A stretch of DNA of 64,000 nt from Candidatus Saccharimonadota bacterium. GTDB lineage: Bacteria; Patescibacteriota; Saccharimonadia; Saccharimonadales; VXPC01. How positions within the stretch are numbered: the first letter of the stretch is position 1; the number at the start of each line of letters is the position of its first letter. Position numbers and translations under genes: made by a program. The stretch is taken from positions 67,380 through 131,379 of the forward strand of contig JAPOWB010000003.1 of NCBI GenBank assembly GCA_026707815.1, given 5' to 3'. The notes below the pieces were generated by a model. That model had not been told where the DNA came from. It saw nothing but the letters and a program-made list of their open reading frames with translations, and searched no databases. Positions 58,288 to 64,000 of this stretch are shown in pieces.

Positions 58288-58804
58288 TAATGTATCCCCA
58301 TCGGAGCCAAACCTCAGTCATAGCCTGCATATTGCCTAAATCTTGTTGCTCTATAGGATTCTGCCCAGTTATATATTCTAAGGCTTCAAACCAATGATCT
58401 AATTTCTCCTGCATTTTTGCTAAAATCAAAGGAACAACTATTTCTGCATCTAACCTCATAATTTTCTGATATTCTGGATGACTAGTGATTGATGTTGTAA
58501 AGGAGAGCATTGCAGTATCTCTTTTCCATGATTGATAAGATTCATTAAATATGTTTTTGATGGTCGTGTTGGTTTTGATGACTAGCAATCTGCGACTTAT
58601 TCTGAGGGGGTTCTGGCGGTATTGTAATACTCTAATCAATGGATTATCTGTAATATCATAGGGAGTTTTGGGTGGGACTAAATCAGTAGCTTTAAGAGTA
58701 TTCCATCCATATATCTCTTGGTTAGAATATATCTGGCGATGACTAATCCAATTGTCTAAATTTTGATCCTTTTTAGATATAATTGTCTCTGTTAATAAAT
58801 TCAT
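58268..58804 (-). CDS. Uncharacterised protein (second gene of cassette)
   Basis: 178 aa with no motif recognised. The start overlaps the upstream stop as TAATG. Confidence 0.55.
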   Translation of the reverse strand: MNLLTETIISKKDQNLDNWISHRQIYSNQEIYGWNTLKATDLVPPKTPYDITDNPLIRVLQYRQNPLRISRRLLVIKTNTTIKNIFNESYQSWKRDTAMLSFTTSITSHPEYQKIMRLDAEIVVPLILAKMQEKLDHWFEALEYITGQNPIEQQDLGNMQAMTEVWLRWGYINGYIAR

Positions 58805-59553
58805 TACTTAAATAATTCTTTTGCTTTTGTCTTTAAATATGATTCAAATATATCATTCTTCGAATCCCGCAAGTTTGCTAGAATGTTGGGTATATCAATG
58901 ATTGATTGACCGCTTTCAGAATACTGTGCAACATCTATATCTAAAAAATAATCAATCTTTTGCTGATCATTTCGGCATATTTGTTCTGCAATGATGTATT
59001 GATAATTATCCTTGTAAGCAACTGCTCGTTTTGTCATTTCCCTCACTGTTTTATGCTGTTTTTTGTATTGAGCAATATCCTGAACAAAATTACTTTCAAT
59101 ATATTTCGTTGATTCCTGAAAGTTTTCAATAGGCAATTTAATGATATTGACAAATCTAACCCCTAATCTCTGAGCAAACATTTGATTATTCTCAATTGTT
59201 TCATTGAATAATCTTGTTAATTGCTCCCAATATGACAAGAATTCTTTCTGCAGACTCTTCCAACCAGTATATTCACCAAAAAAACTATATGACAGTCTAT
59301 CTATATCTACATGGAGAACTCTAGACCTAGACTGATTCACCAGCATATATCCTACAAGTTGAGTATCTGTGTGGGCGGAATTGTTTTGTGAGATATGATG
59401 AAATCGAACATTTTCCCCACTAATCTTCAAGCTTGAAGATTTTTCATATTCTTGTACTAATCTCTTGATTGACTCTATAGTATACAGTCGATTTTGTTGA
59501 AACTTAATTTCAATAATTGCTTCTTTTATCGGGGGCTTTTTATAGTTTGGCAT
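58804..59553 (-). CDS. TIGR04255-like uncharacterised protein (first gene of cassette)
   Basis: 249 aa. The N-terminus MPNYKKPPIKEAIIEIKF matches the (Y)-x-K/N-PP-I/L-x-E-A/V-x-x-E-I/L-R/K-F opening that I associate with the TIGR04255 family. Confidence 0.6.
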   Translation of the reverse strand: MPNYKKPPIKEAIIEIKFQQNRLYTIESIKRLVQEYEKSSSLKISGENVRFHHISQNNSAHTDTQLVGYMLVNQSRSRVLHVDIDRLSYSFFGEYTGWKSLQKEFLSYWEQLTRLFNETIENNQMFAQRLGVRFVNIIKLPIENFQESTKYIESNFVQDIAQYKKQHKTVREMTKRAVAYKDNYQYIIAEQICRNDQQKIDYFLDIDVAQYSESGQSIIDIPNILANLRDSKNDIFESYLKTKAKELFK

Positions 59554-59631
59554 ATTTTCTATTAATTATACAGCAAATTATTATTACTGCTACTGATATT
59601 AAACAGAATCGAATATAATGTAATAACAGAT

Positions 59632-59943
59632 ATGAATAAATCTCAAAAGTTATATGTTGATGAATTCCAAAACTTTGCCTCACAAAGTTTTATAGATATG
59701 TTATCTGAAGCTCGAAAATATGGTTTGAATTTAATTATGGCTCAACAATCCTTGCAACAAAATAAGGCTCATCTAACAGATATTATTAATCAACCAGCAT
59801 ATAACTTTTATGCTCGACTCAATGGCTTAACGATTAATTTGCCAACTTCTGGAATAACCAAACTGGTTAATTCCCCCAGTCAAACAATAACCAAAACTCA
59901 AATTTTAAAAGCCACTGATCAAACTTTACAAAATCTTAGATAA
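59632..59943 (+). pseudogene. C-terminal fragment of a type IV secretion coupling protein (TraD/VirD4-like ATPase)
   Basis: Only 103 aa. YVDEFQNFASQSFIDMLSEARKYGLNLIMAQQSLQQ is the Walker-B-to-Q-motif region of T4CP/TraG-TraD proteins. The N-terminal ~500 aa are absent. Confidence 0.55.
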
Positions 59944-60050
59944 TCATGAATATCTGATCATCTTTACAAAAAAAAACAAAAACCCAAAAAGATTAAATCT
60001 CTTTTTAGGTTTTTGAAAAGACTATCCTTTTTTAAAAGTGATATGTCCGT

Positions 60051-62768
60051 TTAAAACTGCTGTTTATTCTTTTTATTGGAAGCAACAATAAAGATAATGA
60101 TACCAATAATCAGAACAGCTAACACTCCAGCAATAATGAGCATCATGCTTCCGCCACCGTCGTCATCGTTATTGTTTTGACCATTACCGTCACTTGGAGG
60201 TGGAGTTGCTTCCCCGTTACCAGCTTCAGCAACGGCTCTAGCCTCAACAACTCGTTTCTTGGTGGAATAGGTGAAGCGATCATTAGCATCCTTGGTGCGA
60301 ACACAGATATATTGTTCATCCTCATAGTCTGCTATGGAGACAGATTGACCAGTTAAGCTTTGATATTGATCATTGTCAACATCTAAACAACTATCCTGTC
60401 CTGCGAAAATAGCGTATTCAAAGGCTCGGCTAGTATCTTCATCGGGATCATTGGTAGAAATTTCAAAGTTATTATCTGAGCTTGGATTAACGTTGATTTG
60501 AAGATTAACAGGCGAAGCGGCTTGCTCAGGTTCTTCCTGATTCTCTGCTGGTTGTTGATCTTCTTCGGGAGCAACTGTCTGGGAATCAGATTCTTCTTCT
60601 GGGGCGACTTCAGTGGGTTGTGGATCTTCAACTTCTGGTTGAGAACTAGTTGGTCTTGTAGAACCACCGCTTATACATTGACCATTGTCTGCTCTAATCT
60701 TTCTTGTGTCATGACAGCCATAAGGATTAAGTCGAATCTTTTCTGGAACACTTAAACTTGCCCAATTAGCTGGCAAGACAACATCCGTCTCAGTGGTTGG
60801 CTGACTTGGTTGAGCAGGGCTGGTGGTGGTGGAGCTTGGTGGTGAAGTATTGGTAGGAGTAACTGGATTATTGGGAGAAACTATCAGTTGAGGGAACGGA
60901 TTATTGGGATTAGTATTGGCTACGTACCTTAAAGTATGTCTTGTAGCATCTGATCTGTTGTTATTATCAGTTGTTTTAATACAAATAAACCGACCATTTT
61001 GATTAGAAGCAACGCTTATCCGAGCTAAACCATTGGTCACTGGTGAACTTTGAGTGAAACCTGAATCAGAAGTTTGACAAGAAGCAGTCGCTGAATTGAT
61101 ATACTTCCAAGAGACTGAACTAAGACCAATAGATGAATCTCGAGTAGTAACCGTTAAAATATTGTTAGCATATGATAGTTGAAGGTGAGGCTGAGTAGAG
61201 GTAGTTGATTGGCTGTAATGATACCAAGTACTGGAAGCATCTCGATTATAGACATCCTTAATAGTGAAGCAGTAATAATTATTGCTAGCTGCGGATGGTA
61301 ATCTACGCGTCTTGGATTCCTCGCCCAATTCATCGCTATCCAAGTTATTTTGAGCATCCTCTCTATCAATATATTTATGACAAGCATCATCTTCATCATC
61401 TGGATCAATATCTTCAGAAGTAGCTACAACATGTCGCCAAGTATTATCAGTGACTGTTTGGGTTCGACCGAAGCTCTTATCACCATTTTGAATAGTGGTA
61501 ATTCTCTTAGGTTTAGTCGTACCATCCTGACCATCACCTTGATCATTATCGTGATCAGTGGTAAATCTAGTTGGATCAGCTGAAGCCACTAAATCTCGTC
61601 CACTTCTTGATAAAGTGATAATCGGAGTTGTATCAATGGTGATATCAAAGCCTCGAGCTCCTCGATAATCGTCGTTAGGAGTTACTCGGAGATTGCGATC
61701 ATCCTCATTGTCAAAACCGGCTCCTAAAACAACCACACCATACTCATTGAGAATAATATAATCACCCAAGATTAGAGGGATTGAAGCACTAAGCCTAACA
61801 TCATCTTCATCCAAACGATCACCCGGTAAACCTTTAGTGCAATCTCGAAAATCTAATTCATACTGAAACACTAGATGCTCAGAATAATCACTGGAAGCAG
61901 TATGTTCAAACTTAGCTGTATTGCCATCTAAACTACAGGCACCGGCTTGATGAGCTGGATAGCGTCCCATAGCGTAATTAAAGTATGGCTTATTTTTACC
62001 CTGACCCTTAACTCTTACAGCTCTAACAGGCTGATCAAATTCTAATTCCATCTGGATTTGATTACCGACATGCTCAGCAGTAAACTCACTATCTTGGCTG
62101 CGAACTCGTTCTAAAGTTGGTCTTTCCAAAGAAATCTTATCAGTTGAAGAGAGATAGTGATATTCTGGATCGTCATTCTCGTCTTCATCATAGATTTGGT
62201 AAACTGCCTCAACGCAGGCATACTTACCATCTATGCCATCATCACTATCATCGGCATCATGGACGGCAGCAATGTAATCGCTGATATCAAAGGCTGATTT
62301 AACTAAAGATGGTCTTCGACTGTGAATAGCAAACTGACCTCGAAGTCTTAAATCAGCATCTATATTATCAAAATCAGTGCTATCAGCACCATTATCATTG
62401 AAATCACTGCAATCTTGTTGACTATCAACAAAACCTATATTGAATCTTTGTATACGGTTGGCTCCAGGAGTATTATCATAGTTAAAATCATAAAAGATTC
62501 TATAATTACTCGGAGCATTAATAGTTATTTCCAAAGCACCTAAACCACCCAGTGGATCACTGGAGGCATCTTGATCATAATCCAAATCACTAGTTCGGGC
62601 ATTGAAAGATCGAATCTGCTCAACCTTAACCGAACCCTTAACGTTGGCATCAACTAGACTGGGAACAATTAAGGCTAAAGCTAAAATTATTCCTCCAATA
62701 ATAGTTGATAAAATCCAAAAGACCTTCTTGGATGTTACATGATTGAAAGTCGTAGCTAATTTACTCAT
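60051..62768 (-). CDS. Large cell-surface protein, paralogue B (Cys-pair Ig-like repeats, Pro/Ser/Thr linker, Gly-Gly + TM C-terminal anchor)
   Basis: 905 aa and collinear with paralogue A (KISLERPTLERV vs KIDLENPTLESV; ITIDTTP vs ITIDNRP; LPANW...LNPYGC vs VPDNW...LNPYQC). It has six Cys pairs and the C-terminus DDDGGGSMMLIIAGVLAVLIIGIIIFIVASNKKNKQQF. Confidence 0.8.
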   Translation of the reverse strand: MSKLATTFNHVTSKKVFWILSTIIGGIILALALIVPSLVDANVKGSVKVEQIRSFNARTSDLDYDQDASSDPLGGLGALEITINAPSNYRIFYDFNYDNTPGANRIQRFNIGFVDSQQDCSDFNDNGADSTDFDNIDADLRLRGQFAIHSRRPSLVKSAFDISDYIAAVHDADDSDDGIDGKYACVEAVYQIYDEDENDDPEYHYLSSTDKISLERPTLERVRSQDSEFTAEHVGNQIQMELEFDQPVRAVRVKGQGKNKPYFNYAMGRYPAHQAGACSLDGNTAKFEHTASSDYSEHLVFQYELDFRDCTKGLPGDRLDEDDVRLSASIPLILGDYIILNEYGVVVLGAGFDNEDDRNLRVTPNDDYRGARGFDITIDTTPIITLSRSGRDLVASADPTRFTTDHDNDQGDGQDGTTKPKRITTIQNGDKSFGRTQTVTDNTWRHVVATSEDIDPDDEDDACHKYIDREDAQNNLDSDELGEESKTRRLPSAASNNYYCFTIKDVYNRDASSTWYHYSQSTTSTQPHLQLSYANNILTVTTRDSSIGLSSVSWKYINSATASCQTSDSGFTQSSPVTNGLARISVASNQNGRFICIKTTDNNNRSDATRHTLRYVANTNPNNPFPQLIVSPNNPVTPTNTSPPSSTTTSPAQPSQPTTETDVVLPANWASLSVPEKIRLNPYGCHDTRKIRADNGQCISGGSTRPTSSQPEVEDPQPTEVAPEEESDSQTVAPEEDQQPAENQEEPEQAASPVNLQINVNPSSDNNFEISTNDPDEDTSRAFEYAIFAGQDSCLDVDNDQYQSLTGQSVSIADYEDEQYICVRTKDANDRFTYSTKKRVVEARAVAEAGNGEATPPPSDGNGQNNNDDDGGGSMMLIIAGVLAVLIIGIIIFIVASNKKNKQQF

Positions 62769-62873
62769 TTTTTCCTTTATTAATTTTTATATTTATAACT
62801 TGTTATGTTTAATTTACTAACTTTATAGTAATCACTAATATAAATTATGTCAATAAAATTAAATGAAAATACT

Positions 62874-64000
62874 TTAATCTGTTTGAATAATCTGTCGCTT
62901 AGTTTTGACTGCCCAATTATTCACATCAAAAAATCTATTGATAGATTTTTCTAGCAATAAACTGCGATCTGGTCCACGAACATCACCAAAAGTATAATAG
63001 CGGAAATTCGGCCTATAAAGAGGTAGGGACGGGAAATCACTCGCCCAAGTGGTTTGAAAATCTTCATAGCGATCTTGCCGCAGACTGGGATCAAGCCGAC
63101 TTCTTCCAGCTTCCAAAGCCTCATCAGCTTCAGATGAACGATACTGGGCGAGATTAAGCCTCAAAATTGAATCGCTATCAATTTGAGAGGAATGCCAATA
63201 AGAATAAACATCAGCATCTCGCCCAAGATTAAGACCAAAAAGAAGCATTGAGCCATAATTGTGATTTTGAAAAATTTCGAAAGGAATTTGATCGGCATGT
63301 CGTAGATCAAGTTTGACTTCAATACCAAACTGTTCTAACTGTTTGACAATACCTTGAGCAACAATTTCATAATCGGTCTCTCTTTGGGTTGTTAAAGTTA
63401 AACTCAAAATCTGACCATCTCTTTGCCAATAACCATTGATTTTTGAATAGCCAGCTTCGACTAATAGTTGACTAGCTAATTGAGGCTTAAAATGAATGGT
63501 ATCATCTTTAGCTTGATAACCTTTATGCTCGGGCAACAAAGGTCCAGAAATAATTTGTTGACGACCTTCCAAATCCTTAACTAAGCTTTCAATATCTAAG
63601 GCATGGGTTAAGACTTGACGAATAGTTCTGTTTTTCAAAACCGAATCTGAATTTTTAAAAAACAAATAGACACCCGTCATTAATCTCAAATCAACCGTCT
63701 GATAATCTTCCAGCTCTACCAAGTCTATTTGATTGGCTATTAAGTCTGGACTGCCTGATAATTGACCTTGATTGAAAAGTTCAGTCACTCTATCGGCACT
63801 TGGGACTAACCAAAATTGAAAATAATCAATTAGAGGTTGAGATGGACTAGCAGACCAAATTGGATTGCGACTGAGTTGAATTTTAAATTCATCGCCAGCC
63901 GAAGTATTCACATGAGTTAAGTGGTTGAATTGAAATGCCCCTGATCCAATAGGTTGGTAATTGAAACTCGATCGACGAAGCTGTTTAATATCTTCTTGTT
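62874..64000 (-). CDS. ABC transporter substrate-binding protein, family 5 (peptide/nickel type), 5' end outside window
   Basis: The frame stays open upstream of the track start to the window edge (…NYQPIGSGAFQFNHLTHVNTSAGDEFKI), including the PIG(T/S)G(P/A)F motif of SBP_bac_5 proteins. Confidence 0.75.
   Translation of the reverse strand, partial: QEDIKQLRRSSFNYQPIGSGAFQFNHLTHVNTSAGDEFKIQLSRNPIWSASPSQPLIDYFQFWLVPSADRVTELFNQGQLSGSPDLIANQIDLVELEDYQTVDLRLMTGVYLFFKNSDSVLKNRTIRQVLTHALDIESLVKDLEGRQQIISGPLLPEHKGYQAKDDTIHFKPQLASQLLVEAGYSKINGYWQRDGQILSLTLTTQRETDYEIVAQGIVKQLEQFGIEVKLDLRHADQIPFEIFQNHNYGSMLLFGLNLGRDADVYSYWHSSQIDSDSILRLNLAQYRSSEADEALEAGRSRLDPSLRQDRYEDFQTTWASDFPSLPLYRPNFRYYTFGDVRGPDRSLLLEKSINRFFDVNNWAVKTKRQIIQTD

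Noticed and set aside
59981-60015. Hairpin between the coupling-protein fragment and surface-protein gene B as a terminator
   Set aside because: The arms (aacccaaaaagat / ctctttttaggtt) pair imperfectly and are almost pure A/T. It is plausible but too weak to list as a feature.

Overview
This is an AT-rich, gene-dense bacterial window that reads cleanly with the standard genetic code (TGA is used as a stop). By inference it comes from a reduced-genome, CPR/Patescibacteria-like organism. The evidence is a lone 16S with a divergent 515 region and no adjacent 23S, an archaeal-type CarS homologue, and many membrane-anchored secreted proteins. About 1-41 kb is mostly core: rsmA, a peptidoglycan-remodelling cluster, clpP-tig-hisS, rsmD, ppa, a thioredoxin/trxB/glutaredoxin/FKBP/rplY block, pheST, rmuC, an RND permease, tyrS, two lipid head-group genes, glmS and five tRNAs. 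This core is interrupted by a small Fic/Fic-like/NYN islet next to tRNA-Arg and tRNA-Gly. The 16S gene (minus strand, about 44013-45482) still lies upstream of tRNA-Ile(GAU) and tRNA-Ala(UGC) in the canonical order. However, protein genes and pseudogenes now separate them, and no 23S or 5S is present. About 45.5-62.8 kb is an accessory/defence island. It holds IS982-like and IS30 remnants, an m5C methyltransferase plus a restriction gene broken at a C9 homopolymer, a Panacea-antitoxin/RelE-like pair, a GmrSD-like enzyme, an uncharacterised three-gene cassette and a coupling-protein fragment. Two large paralogous Cys-pair-repeat surface proteins lie inside the island, and a third, smaller paralogue sits at 8-9 kb. 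A C10 tract lies in the promoter spacer of another surface-protein gene. All family calls rest on motif recognition by eye. RNA ends are accurate to about 5 nt.
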